DNA of 64,000 bases, taken from a bacterium. Lineage in GTDB: Bacteria > Patescibacteriota > Minisyncoccia > UBA6257 > JAUSGH01. Location: positions 1,454-65,453 of the forward strand of contig JAUSGH010000019.1 of assembly GCA_030649055.1 (NCBI GenBank), given 5' to 3'. The position numbers were made by a program, and so were the translations under genes. The notes under the pieces are model-generated. The model searched no databases. It was given only the letters and a program-made list of their open reading frames with translations, and was not told the DNA's origin. Of the stretch, positions 28,214 to 37,308 are shown one piece after another. Numbering within the stretch: the first letter of the stretch is position 1; each line of letters opens with the position of its first letter.

Positions 28214-30508
28214 ATGGCAAAAAAGTCGCTCACGAAAGCAAAGGTTTCAAAAAAGGTTGCGGTGTCGAAGGTGTTTCAGTTCACGCGAAAACGCGATGGC
28301 CGGATTGTTCCATTTGATCAAACGCGCATCACCGAAGCGTTATTGAAAGCGCTCCATGCCTCGGGCGAGGGTAATGGACGGGATGCAAAAAAGATTTCCG
28401 ACCGCGTGGTGAAAGTTCTGTTGAAAAAGTTTTCTCCAACCTATGTGTTGAGCATTGAAGAGATTCAGGATTCCGCGGAAAATGCCCTTATCCTCCTTGA
28501 TTACGCAAAAACCGCGAAGGCATATATTTTGTATCGTAAAGAACGCGAGCGGTTGCGCGAAGCGCGCAAAGAAGTGCCGGCGGCGGTGAAACAGCTGGTC
28601 GCCGCGAGTAAAAAGTATTTCAAAAATCCGCTGGCGGAGTTTGTATATTACCGCACCTATTCGCGCTGGATTGACGAAGATGGTCGCCGCGAGACTTGGA
28701 TTGAGACCGCGGGACGCTATATGGCTTTTATGAAGGAGAATTTGGGCGACAAGCTTTCCGAAAAAGAATATGGCGAAGTCCACGAGGCGATTTTGAACCA
28801 GCAGGCGATGCCGTCCATGCGTTTGTTGCAGTTCGCGGGCAAAGCCGCGCGGAAAACAAATGTCTGCGCCTATAATTGCTCGTTTATCGCGCCGACGCGT
28901 TTTGAAGATTTCGCCGAAATTGTCTATATCTCTATGTGCGGCACGGGTGTAGGGTTTTCCGTGGAGCATCAGAATGTGGAAAAACTTCCGCAAATTGAAC
29001 GGCAAACGGGCGAAAAACTTCCGGACTATGTGATTGAAGACAGCAAGGAAGGATGGGCGGATTCGCTACTTTTCGGCATGAAAACGTGGTTTGCCGGCAA
29101 GGACGTGGTGTTTGACTATTCTGGATTGCGTGCCGCGGGCGTACGGTTGAAAACCATGGGCGGACGATCATCCGGCCCCGCGCCGTTGCACGAACTACTG
29201 GACTTTACACGGCGGAAAATTTTGGCAAAACAGGGGCGACGGCTCGGGACGATTGATGTGCACGACATCATCTGCAAAATCGGCGAGATTGTGGTGTCGG
29301 GCGGCGTGCGCCGCAGTGCCTTGATTTCGCTTTCGGATTTGGACGATCCGGAAATGCGCGACGCGAAGAACGGCCAGTTTTATTTGACCGAACCCCAACG
29401 GAGCTTGGCGAATAACTCGGCGGTCTATAATGAAAAGCCGACCGCGAGCCAGTTTCTGGATGAATGGGTGTCGCTCGCGAAGAGCGGAACAGGGGAGCGC
29501 GGCATCTTTAACCGCGGAGGATTGCACACCATGCTTCCGAAGCGCCGCATTAAGGCGTTGAAGGGATATTTGGGTAACTTGGGTACTAATCCGTGCGGAG
29601 AAATTATTTTGCAGTCGCGGCAATTCTGCAACTTATCTGAAGTGGTGGCGCGCCCCGAAGACACCGAAGCGACGCTTTTGGAAAAAGTGCGCGTCGCGAC
29701 GATTGTGGGCACCTATCAGTCAACGCTCACGAATTTTGGCTATCTTTCCAAAGAGTGGAGGGAAAATTGCGAGGCGGAGCGTTTACTCGGCGTTTCGGTC
29801 ACCGGCCAGTGGGATTGCGAAGCGGCGCGTAACCCCGAAGTGCTTCGCAAGATGCGCGATACGGCAATCCGCGTCAATGAAGAATACGCGAAACGGTTTG
29901 GTGTCGGTGCGTCCACCTGTATCACGTGCGTGAAGCCGTCGGGCAATCTTTCACAAACTGTGGATGCCTCCTCCGGCATGCACACGCGCTATGCGGAGTA
30001 TTATATCCGCCGTGTGCGCATTTCGGCAACGGACAGTTTGTTCAAAATGCTCAAGGATCAGAAACTTCCGTATCATCCGGAAGTGGGGCAGTCGGCGGAC
30101 ACCGCCAATACATATGTCTTGGAGTTTCCGGTTAAGGCTCCCGAGGGAGCGGTGACGCGCAAAGATATCACCGCGCTTGTTCAGCTGGAACACTGGAAGC
30201 TCGTGAAGACTAACTACACCGAGCATAACCCTTCGGTCACGGTGTATGTTGCCGAAAACGAGTGGATCATGGTGGCGAACTGGTTGTATAACAATTGGGA
30301 ATACATCGGCGGCCTCTCGTTCTTGCCGAAGGACAACCACGTGTATGCCTTGGCGCCATACGAAGAAATTACCAAGGAGCGGTACGAGGAGCTTCTCGCG
30401 AAGTTCCCGGACGTTGATTTCTCGCAAATCTTTGTCTACGAGCATCAGGACGAAACGGAAAACGCGAAGGAGCTGGCGTGCGTGGCCGGTGTGTGCGAAA
30501 TTAGCTAG
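28214..30508 (+). CDS. nrdJ: class II (B12-dependent) ribonucleotide reductase with ATP-cone
   Basis: KRDGRIVPFD ATP-cone, YYRTYSR, GGVRRSA, TNPCGEI, VKPSG, C-terminal CVAGVC. Confidence 0.93.
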   Translation: MAKKSLTKAKVSKKVAVSKVFQFTRKRDGRIVPFDQTRITEALLKALHASGEGNGRDAKKISDRVVKVLLKKFSPTYVLSIEEIQDSAENALILLDYAKTAKAYILYRKERERLREARKEVPAAVKQLVAASKKYFKNPLAEFVYYRTYSRWIDEDGRRETWIETAGRYMAFMKENLGDKLSEKEYGEVHEAILNQQAMPSMRLLQFAGKAARKTNVCAYNCSFIAPTRFEDFAEIVYISMCGTGVGFSVEHQNVEKLPQIERQTGEKLPDYVIEDSKEGWADSLLFGMKTWFAGKDVVFDYSGLRAAGVRLKTMGGRSSGPAPLHELLDFTRRKILAKQGRRLGTIDVHDIICKIGEIVVSGGVRRSALISLSDLDDPEMRDAKNGQFYLTEPQRSLANNSAVYNEKPTASQFLDEWVSLAKSGTGERGIFNRGGLHTMLPKRRIKALKGYLGNLGTNPCGEIILQSRQFCNLSEVVARPEDTEATLLEKVRVATIVGTYQSTLTNFGYLSKEWRENCEAERLLGVSVTGQWDCEAARNPEVLRKMRDTAIRVNEEYAKRFGVGASTCITCVKPSGNLSQTVDASSGMHTRYAEYYIRRVRISATDSLFKMLKDQKLPYHPEVGQSADTANTYVLEFPVKAPEGAVTRKDITALVQLEHWKLVKTNYTEHNPSVTVYVAENEWIMVANWLYNNWEYIGGLSFLPKDNHVYALAPYEEITKERYEELLAKFPDVDFSQIFVYEHQDETENAKELACVAGVCEIS

Positions 30509-30509
30509 G

Positions 30510-30616
30510 CGCAGAAACAAAAAATGCGCGATTGCTGCGTTGCTCTTCGTCGGAGTACCTCAGTGGGTACACCTTCTCGGAGCGCTCAAGCACCTCGCGC
30601 ATTTTTTGTTTTTGCG
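30510..30616. repeat. long hairpin (likely bidirectional terminator) whose interior resembles the ftsA-ftsZ element
   Basis: CGCAGAAACAAAAAATGCGCGA...TCGCGCATTTTTTGTTTTTGCG. Confidence 0.7.
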
Positions 30617-30632
30617 TTATCTGTCACTGTTA

Positions 30633-31070
30633 TTACTGTCCTATCGTTTCGTCTTCTGCTTGTTCCTCCGGTTTGATTGTTTTGATGAGCTCCTCCATGA
30701 GTTCGTTGTGCCGTTCCGTCAGCCACGCAAAAAATTCTCCCGCGGTTGTGTTCGGCAGTTTTCCTTTGTATTCGTTCAGCGCTCCGCGTAAATCCCTTGC
30801 CGCCGCTTTTCGCGGCGGTTCTGGAGATTGATACGTCGCGAGTCCGTTCAAGAGTTCGTCGAATGTTGCAGAGGTTTCGGATTTGCCGGACTTGAACAGG
30901 TCATTTAACACGTCTTGCATTCCGCGGATTTTGGAAATTTCAAGCTTGAGCTCCTGAATTTTATGAATGCGGTCGCGTTCCAGCATCTCGTAAAATTCTT
31001 TTTCCATTTCGCCCGGCGTTCCGCCCTTGTCGGGATCCGGCGCGCCTTCGAATGTCGGGTTACCTTCCAT
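30633..31070 (-). CDS. hypothetical acidic helical protein
   Basis: 145-aa ORF in a tight three-gene run. Confidence 0.7.
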   Translation of the reverse strand: MEGNPTFEGAPDPDKGGTPGEMEKEFYEMLERDRIHKIQELKLEISKIRGMQDVLNDLFKSGKSETSATFDELLNGLATYQSPEPPRKAAARDLRGALNEYKGKLPNTTAGEFFAWLTERHNELMEELIKTIKPEEQAEDETIGQ

Positions 31071-31072
31071 GG

Positions 31073-31525
31073 TTATTCTTGGTGTTCCTGTTCCCGCATC
31101 TTTTTTATTTTCTTTTCGTTTTCATCAAGCTGAGCTTGAAGTAAGTCGTATAATTCGCCGATGTGTTTTGCTTCGGACGGCATAAATTTTTCATCTTTCA
31201 GCTTACTTATCATTGCCGAGATGTTGTTCCCTCCCTCATAATTGTGGCGACCATCTATTTCTTCCGCCGCGTCGCGTCCGGCGAATTCAATAAGGTCATA
31301 AATGGTTGAGAATTGATCAAGATGACGGCCGGGTTCTTTACCAACGGCGTGGCGCGAGAGCATTCCACCGATCCAATCCAGGAACCGCTTAGTTTCTTTA
31401 ATGTACGCCGTGTATTCCGTGCCTCTTTGCTCAAATTCGTCTATTTCGGCGTGAAGTCGCGCGTCTTCTTTGCGCGCCTGCCATTCGTCACCCGGTCCCG
31501 TAAATTGTGGTCTTTCCGTCGGCAT
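31073..31525 (-). CDS. hypothetical acidic helical protein
   Basis: Start moved to MPTERPQF; resembles the neighbouring ORF. Confidence 0.7.
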   Translation of the reverse strand: MPTERPQFTGPGDEWQARKEDARLHAEIDEFEQRGTEYTAYIKETKRFLDWIGGMLSRHAVGKEPGRHLDQFSTIYDLIEFAGRDAAEEIDGRHNYEGGNNISAMISKLKDEKFMPSEAKHIGELYDLLQAQLDENEKKIKKMREQEHQE

Positions 31526-31556
31526 AAATATTTCCTGAGCTTGTCGAAGGATTACA

Positions 31557-31937
31557 TTACCCCCTTGCCTCACGCGCAAGTTTAGCCATGCGCTCGTATC
31601 CGTCGCTTAATGCGTCAATAATTTCTTGCACTGTTTGCGCTTCGGGCGGAACAATATCCTTGTTTGCAAAGCGTTCGCGCATTTCTTCAAGTTTTGCGGC
31701 GCCTTCAATGTCGCCCTGCTCCTCGGCTGCTTGCTGATCGTGTGTTATCGCGGCGGCAAAATTCTCACGCCGTGACTCATCATCAAGCGGCTGTTCGGCG
31801 TCTTCTCCCGCATGGCGCGCCATAAACGGTTCCAGCCAATTTTTCATGGAGCGAAGCAAAATTGCCCGTTCCAATAACTTGTCCACGGATAACGGCTCGT
31901 TTTCGCGTTGTTCTTCGCCTTGATGTTCAAAATTCAT
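31557..31937 (-). CDS. hypothetical acidic helical protein
   Basis: Start moved to MNFEHQGEE; the upstream extension is the antisense shadow of 32097..32555. Confidence 0.7.
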   Translation of the reverse strand: MNFEHQGEEQRENEPLSVDKLLERAILLRSMKNWLEPFMARHAGEDAEQPLDDESRRENFAAAITHDQQAAEEQGDIEGAAKLEEMRERFANKDIVPPEAQTVQEIIDALSDGYERMAKLAREARG

Positions 31938-32096
31938 ATGTTGAGAATAAAATAATTTCGCGGGGAATTTCCCCGCGTTAGATCGACGATGAAGCGAACC
32001 TATGTTTAGTATATCACGTCGCAAATTTTTTCGCTGTTGAAAACTCGGCGCAGTTGGTCTATAGTATCCGCAGAGGTTCGTTTCGGAGGAAGGATA

Positions 32097-32555
32097 ATGA
32101 AGATTCCGTATGTGAATCGAAAGAAACAGACGCCGCAGGCATTGGAGGCGCAGCTTGTCGAAATGAGCGACGCGCGAGATGAGCCCATGCTTGCAAAGTC
32201 CGGTCTTCTCCAATGGAGTCCGGATCATGAACGGCTCGCGCGGCTTATCCTGGACTACTGCGTCGGGGCGCGCGGCTGGAAAACCTTCACGATGCGGCAG
32301 GCGAAGAAGTTCGCGGGAATGCACAGCGACAATCTTCCGCACTTTGTACGCGCGGGACTGCTGGTTGAGGCCGACGGGCGATACCTCATAACCGACGTGC
32401 TCATCCTTTGGTTTGCCGAGCATCTTCGGAAGCCCGAGGAGCGCGCGCAGTCGGTATGGAGACGCATCGCTGGCGTGCTCAACAATCATGAGCACATTCT
32501 CTACTTCTACGACCACAAACTGTGGTTTGTGAAAGAGGGATTGGACGAGCAATAG
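32097..32555 (+). CDS. hypothetical protein
   Basis: GGAGGAAGG before ATG 32097; followed by a terminator. Confidence 0.6.
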   Translation: MKIPYVNRKKQTPQALEAQLVEMSDARDEPMLAKSGLLQWSPDHERLARLILDYCVGARGWKTFTMRQAKKFAGMHSDNLPHFVRAGLLVEADGRYLITDVLILWFAEHLRKPEERAQSVWRRIAGVLNNHEHILYFYDHKLWFVKEGLDEQ

Positions 32556-32586
32556 ACGGTGGTCGCCAAAGGCGACCACCGTCTAC
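32553..32586. terminator. terminator hairpin between convergent genes
   Basis: TAGACGGTGGTCGCC AAA GGCGACCACCGTCTA. Confidence 0.8.
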
Positions 32587-32590
32587 CATT

Positions 32591-32875
32591 TTATTTCCTC
32601 CGTCGTTTCCCGACCATCGTCCCGATAACTCCTCCGATAACCGCCGCGCCGACATTGAACATTCCCAGCAGGATGACGAGTGCCGGAAGCAGAGCAATGA
32701 TGCCAAGCCCAACATCCTTCGGATTACTGGAAAGGTAAAGCCCAAGTGAGAGCGCGGCAATGCCCGCGCCAGCGAGTAGCGACACAAACAAAAAGATAAA
32801 GCGTTTCGTAAAAAACCCGATCGCAAACCCGATCGCGAACGATACGCCGATGAGCAGTTTAAAGAGTTGGTTCAT
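32591..32875 (-). CDS. small membrane protein
   Basis: Three hydrophobic helices, basic C-terminus. Confidence 0.7.
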   Translation of the reverse strand: MNQLFKLLIGVSFAIGFAIGFFTKRFIFLFVSLLAGAGIAALSLGLYLSSNPKDVGLGIIALLPALVILLGMFNVGAAVIGGVIGTMVGKRRRK

Positions 32876-32961
32876 ATAGTACTACTATTGTACCATTGCG
32901 CGGGCATTTGAAAATTGCCGCGTATTTTGTTATAGTCGTTCTAGCGTCATAAACAACGCAT

Positions 32962-33240
32962 TCCCCGGTAGCTCAGCGGTAGAGCGGCGCCCTGTAAGCA
33001 ATTTGCAGCTTTCCGTCGAAAGGCGGATTGAAAAATTTCGGGATAACGGTGAAACCCTCGCAGTGCGGGGGCAATACCGTGGGAACTCCGACGCGAGGTC
33101 GGAGGCACCGTAGAGACTAGATACCGAAATCCCTAACATCCGACATTTGTTGGATCACGGGAGTGATATAGTCCACCCCTATTAGTAATAGTAGGACAAG
33201 TGTAAGGCGAAGGTCCCAGGTTCGATCCCTGGCCGGGGAG
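32962..33240 (+). tRNA. tRNA-Asn(GTT), intron-containing (exons 32962-32995 and 33203-33240)
   Basis: Acceptor TCCCCGG/CCGGGGA + G73; D-arm AGCTCAGCGGTAGAGC; T-loop GGTTCGATCC; spliced loop CT-GTT-AA. Confidence 0.88.
32996..33202 (+). ncRNA. group I intron (207 nt, no ORF) between anticodon positions 35 and 36
   Basis: Follows U and ends in G; core ACGGTGAAACC/GGCAATACCGT, CGTAGAGACTA, GATATAGTCC. Confidence 0.88.
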
Positions 33241-33280
33241 CAAAAACAAAAATACCCATATACGGGTATTTTTGTTTTTG
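33241..33280 (+). terminator. terminator after the tRNA
   Basis: CAAAAACAAAAATACCC...GGGTATTTTTGTTTTTG. Confidence 0.75.
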
Positions 33281-33355
33281 CGACCGGCAGGGATTGAACG
33301 GGAAGGGGTCGGGAAAACGCGGTCGCGGAATGTGATACAATAAAATAATAATCAT

Positions 33356-34978
33356 ATGAAAAAAGTTTTTATCGGTTTGGGTGTGCTCATTGTTGGCGCG
33401 GTTGCGCTGGTGTCAACAAATCCTAGCGGTATATTTACGCCATGGTTGGCAAAAATTTCGCGCGGTCCGGAGATGAGCGGGTTGGCGACGCAAAAAGGAG
33501 ACAAAAACATTCCGTATAGCGCGATCTTTACTGTGGTTCCGCCGAAGCCGGTTATCGCGCGCCAGGTATCAAAGCTGATAATTGCCCGATTAGGAGGCGC
33601 GCTCACCGTCACCGATGCAAAAGGCGTAGTGGCAACGCTTGTCGTTCCCGCGGGCGCCGTGAAGCGTGACACCACCATCACCATGGCGCCGCTCCAGGAA
33701 GTGCCGATAGCGAATTTTACCGATGCGTTTAGTAACGGAGTAGTTATTGAACCCGCGGGTTTGCAATTTGAAAAAAATGTGCAACTGACGTTTGACTATA
33801 AGCCGACAGCATCGGCAAGTCGCGCAAGCGTTAATCCGTATCTAGCACAAGTGTTGGCGCTCACGAGCGAGGAGGAAGACCGGGCGCTGTATGAAAAATT
33901 CAAAAATCAGACACCGGAAGAAAACGAAAAATACATGAATGACTTGTTCGGCGACGCGATCCAGAAATTAGAAAAAGCCGGATTTCCCGTGAATGCAGTC
34001 CCTGCGAAGGCGCCGGCGGTAAGCGCTCCTCAACCGAGCAGCTTCAGCAACGGTACAAAAGGATCAAAAAACACATTACCTAAAAAACTTGCCGTTATTC
34101 ACGTTGACCATAATACCGGGCGTGTGAATGTCGCGGAAACTACTCATTCGGTATATGGCTCCAAAATCACCGCGACTGTCCGCAGTTTAAGTTCTTTTCC
34201 TACGGTTGATATGGGCGGACCGGCGGGACCCGGACTTGGGCAAAATGATTTGCAAAATGGCGCGGCTGATGCGGGGGGAGCGTGCACTCCATCATTTATC
34301 AACGCCATGCTTAGGGTGGCTTCTTGGCAGATGGCAACCGGTGCCGGCGGCGAAGCTACGGCTATGCAAGCCGTAGAAGATTGCGGCAGGAGCGCGTTTG
34401 AAGAGATGAAACAACGCTGTGAAGCTGATCCCCAGCATGTCACTCGTCGCGAAATGCTCGGGCTTATTCAGCTACTTCAACAACTCGGCGTTGAGCCGGA
34501 AGCGGAGCAGTCAATGGAATTGATGCAAACCTGTAAACGCATTTATTCTGTCTATGCGAACGTGGATGTGCCGGTCCCCGAAGGCAAATCAACGTATGGA
34601 ATAAACGCTCAGCTCTGCGGGTACTTGGATGAACAGTGGGTTGGAACGGAAATCGCGGATTATACGATTTATTTGACTGAAGGTTGGACCGAGCAAGTGT
34701 ATACGGGGGATATCCGATTTACGCTTCCACATGGTGGCGGACAATTCCAAACAGTAACGCGCGGTAATGTCTTGGTCACGGGTCGTGTTCCAAGAATCAA
34801 TGTGCCGGAGACGGTTATGTCGGTTGAGGGCGATGGACAAATTGGTAACTACGACGGCAATAAGCAGGTAACAATTTTTTATAGTATGTTCGGACATGTA
34901 GATGTGCCGATGACGATTGAGATAACAAAGCAACAATGCGAAAGCACAAACGAAGTACTGGAACAATCCGGAATGTAG
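33356..34978 (+). CDS. secreted/anchored protein with a ZU5-like beta domain
   Basis: N-terminal TM; TLVVPAGAV..DTTITM...IEPAGLQFEKNVQLTF. Confidence 0.7.
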   Translation: MKKVFIGLGVLIVGAVALVSTNPSGIFTPWLAKISRGPEMSGLATQKGDKNIPYSAIFTVVPPKPVIARQVSKLIIARLGGALTVTDAKGVVATLVVPAGAVKRDTTITMAPLQEVPIANFTDAFSNGVVIEPAGLQFEKNVQLTFDYKPTASASRASVNPYLAQVLALTSEEEDRALYEKFKNQTPEENEKYMNDLFGDAIQKLEKAGFPVNAVPAKAPAVSAPQPSSFSNGTKGSKNTLPKKLAVIHVDHNTGRVNVAETTHSVYGSKITATVRSLSSFPTVDMGGPAGPGLGQNDLQNGAADAGGACTPSFINAMLRVASWQMATGAGGEATAMQAVEDCGRSAFEEMKQRCEADPQHVTRREMLGLIQLLQQLGVEPEAEQSMELMQTCKRIYSVYANVDVPVPEGKSTYGINAQLCGYLDEQWVGTEIADYTIYLTEGWTEQVYTGDIRFTLPHGGGQFQTVTRGNVLVTGRVPRINVPETVMSVEGDGQIGNYDGNKQVTIFYSMFGHVDVPMTIEITKQQCESTNEVLEQSGM

Positions 34979-34979
34979 T

Positions 34980-35519
34980 ATGAGCGGTATAAAAAACAAC
35001 ATTATTGCCGTGGCGCTCGCGATAACCGTCGCAATTCCGGTTATTTCTTTTGGCGCAACAGAGCCGGAAGTAACACCAAGAAGCATCTTTGCTTTTTTTG
35101 ACGCTGCCGTAAAAAAGATATCACGTTTTTTTTCGGCGTTGTCGCGAAGCGAAAAGGTTGCGCCAAAAACCGAACAAGCAAAGCCGGAGACGACGGAGAA
35201 AAAAATTCCGGAATCGGCGTTGGAGAAAAGACTGAAAAATGATCCGGAGTATGGCCGGGTATTTCAAAAGTTAAATCCCGAAGACAAGTTGCGGGCGCAA
35301 AACGTTCGCACTATTGAAGATCGGCCCGTTTCGCCGCTTGAACAATTACCCAGTAACCGCTTCCCGATTTTTGAAGCGCCGGCATCAGGCGTTGTGTTGC
35401 CGAACTGTCTTTCGTCCGGAACCGTGTGCGCCGCAAACGGTAAAACCTATGTGAACGCTTGTTTGCCCGAACAGGCGAAGGTGGCAATTGCTCATGCGGG
35501 CCCGTGCGGAGCGCGATAG
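34980..35519 (+). CDS. secreted protein with a C-terminal Kazal-like domain
   Basis: Signal peptide; C...VCAANGKTYVNAC...HAGPC. Confidence 0.75.
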   Translation: MSGIKNNIIAVALAITVAIPVISFGATEPEVTPRSIFAFFDAAVKKISRFFSALSRSEKVAPKTEQAKPETTEKKIPESALEKRLKNDPEYGRVFQKLNPEDKLRAQNVRTIEDRPVSPLEQLPSNRFPIFEAPASGVVLPNCLSSGTVCAANGKTYVNACLPEQAKVAIAHAGPCGAR

Positions 35520-35542
35520 CAACGAATTAATGCGACGTGTTT

Positions 35543-36292
35543 ATGAAAAAGATTTTGAAAATCATCGGTGCGCTCATATTGTTTTTGCTATTGGGCATGC
35601 TCCTTCTTTTTATTGCAGCCCGGAAAGCGTCACCTCCGCAGATTGTTGCTAATTTCACCGAACTCGACAAAATAGAAAAAATCTCAAAATATCGAAGTTG
35701 CGCCGGACATACTACTGTTCCGCAAGACGAACGCGAGATGCGGCGGAGCATGAAGCACTATTTTTCGGTGAAGCCGGAATATCTTGGCGGCAACACGGTC
35801 AATATTTATGCTCCGTATGACGGTTTTGTCGCCGTTACTCGCGAAGACCGCGCGGATGGCTTGGAGGGGGAGATCTGGATTGTGCCAAATGATATATATG
35901 TAATGCTTCCTCCAATATGGAGATGGAGTTTTAGCGTTCAGCACATCAATATACGCGAAGGATTAAAACGAGGGAGCGAGGTGAGGGCGGGTGAGCTTAT
36001 CGGTTACGCGGCAGTTGCCGGCGGAAACAGGAATACGTTTGATGTCGTTTACGCCAAAGGAAGCCCGATCCCCAAACGCATAGATAATTGGATGGGGCCG
36101 TTTAGTGATTTGGACTCTGTGTTTAATCACATGTCGGAAGATGTTTTCGCGCAATATCAAGCAAGGGGGATTGAGTCAAAAGAAGATTTTCTGATTACTA
36201 AAGAGGAAAGGGATCTGAATCCGTGTACATACAAGGATGACGGCCCGTATTTCCTTAATCAGGATGATTCCAAAAATTGGGTTGTGTTTTGA
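35543..36292 (+). CDS. membrane-anchored protein with M23/LytM-like fold features
   Basis: N-terminal TM; IYAPYDG, HI...GSEVRAGELIG. Confidence 0.6.
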   Translation: MKKILKIIGALILFLLLGMLLLFIAARKASPPQIVANFTELDKIEKISKYRSCAGHTTVPQDEREMRRSMKHYFSVKPEYLGGNTVNIYAPYDGFVAVTREDRADGLEGEIWIVPNDIYVMLPPIWRWSFSVQHINIREGLKRGSEVRAGELIGYAAVAGGNRNTFDVVYAKGSPIPKRIDNWMGPFSDLDSVFNHMSEDVFAQYQARGIESKEDFLITKEERDLNPCTYKDDGPYFLNQDDSKNWVVF

Positions 36293-36325
36293 TTCCGGAA
36301 CATAGTTCTATGTTATAATTGAGCC

Positions 36326-36484
36326 ATGGCTTTGAATTACAAAACTCCAATTTCAATGCTTTTGTGCAAATTTCGACTACAGCGTGCGATAAAAAACTTA
36401 CGAGATACTAGTGTATATCGTTCATTTTTTCTCGCCCGCTTCGCTCGAAATTATCTACAAAATCATTTGAAAGGAGTTTCGTAA
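36326..36484 (+). CDS. small basic ORF (52 aa) not in the ORF track
   Basis: TGTTATAAT 6 nt before ATG; ends 8 nt before the next gene. Confidence 0.4.
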   Translation: MALNYKTPISMLLCKFRLQRAIKNLRDTSVYRSFFLARFARNYLQNHLKGVS

Positions 36485-36492
36485 CTCAAAGC

Positions 36493-36975
36493 ATGGATAT
36501 TGTCGCCATACTGCAAAGCAAGCCCGTGCTTATTGGCCTCCATCTCGGTTTTGCCATTATCGGCATTGACGCGTTTTTGTGGCTGTTGGGGAAATTGAAG
36601 GGGGATGGAGGGTCGTCGAAAGCCACGATCGTCACCGCTGCGATCGGCGTTGTTGCTTTCGTCGCGAGCTGGATTGCCGGCGGCTACTACTACGTCGTAT
36701 ATTATGGAACGTTGGTAAAGCCAATCATCAAAGCCGGTGTTGCGCCGTGGGTGCACAATATTGTCATGGAAACCAAGGAGCATATTTTCCTGTTCGTTAT
36801 TCCGCTTGCGATGACCGTATTGTTTATTACCCTGCTTCCGAAAGAGGACATGGATCGGCTTATGCTTCGCCGCATCGCTCTGTGGCTCGCCGGGGTTGTC
36901 GCCGCGCTCGGGCTTTTAATTGGCGCGATGGGGTTTGTTATTTCCGCCGCGGCCCGTTGGGGAGCAGTCAGCTAA
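36493..36975 (+). CDS. four-TM membrane protein with His residues
   Basis: GLHLGF, WVHNIVMETKEHIF. Confidence 0.8.
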   Translation: MDIVAILQSKPVLIGLHLGFAIIGIDAFLWLLGKLKGDGGSSKATIVTAAIGVVAFVASWIAGGYYYVVYYGTLVKPIIKAGVAPWVHNIVMETKEHIFLFVIPLAMTVLFITLLPKEDMDRLMLRRIALWLAGVVAALGLLIGAMGFVISAAARWGAVS

Positions 36976-36984
36976 CATACTTTC

Positions 36985-37305
36985 ATGGACAAACCAAAAT
37001 TAATTAGTTCATCGGCGTACGCGGCAATTTTGACCATTATTTTTGTCGTGGTCATTACCGTTTGGGCGGAATTGTCGGTTCCGCTGAAGGATTGGCTGAA
37101 GAATTTTTCCGGTCATCACTGGACATCAAAGAGTATCTTTTCCGCGTTGCTGTACGCGGGCGCCACTGCGGCGTTGTATTTGTCGCCCTATCAACACAAC
37201 GACAGTCGTCTTAAAAAAATGCTCGGACTTCTTTTGGCGTCTACGGCGCTTGGCACCGTCGTTCTCACGCTATTCTTTACGGGGCATCATTTCCAGCTCT
37301 TTTAA
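36985..37305 (+). CDS. three-TM membrane protein
   Basis: GHHWTSK loop; C-terminal GHHF. Confidence 0.75.
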   Translation: MDKPKLISSSAYAAILTIIFVVVITVWAELSVPLKDWLKNFSGHHWTSKSIFSALLYAGATAALYLSPYQHNDSRLKKMLGLLLASTALGTVVLTLFFTGHHFQLF

Positions 37306-37308
37306 CGT

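Noticed and set aside
31938-32579. N-terminal extension of the 340-aa minus-strand ORF
   Set aside because: It overlaps a plus-strand gene that has an SD and terminator; composition changes at MNFEHQ.
32991-32997. tRNA-Tyr(GTA) or tRNA-Thr(TGT) from the unspliced CTGTAA
   Set aside because: Group I splice rules (U before, G at the end) and a 7-nt loop give GTT; the short variable arm and G73 fit Asn.
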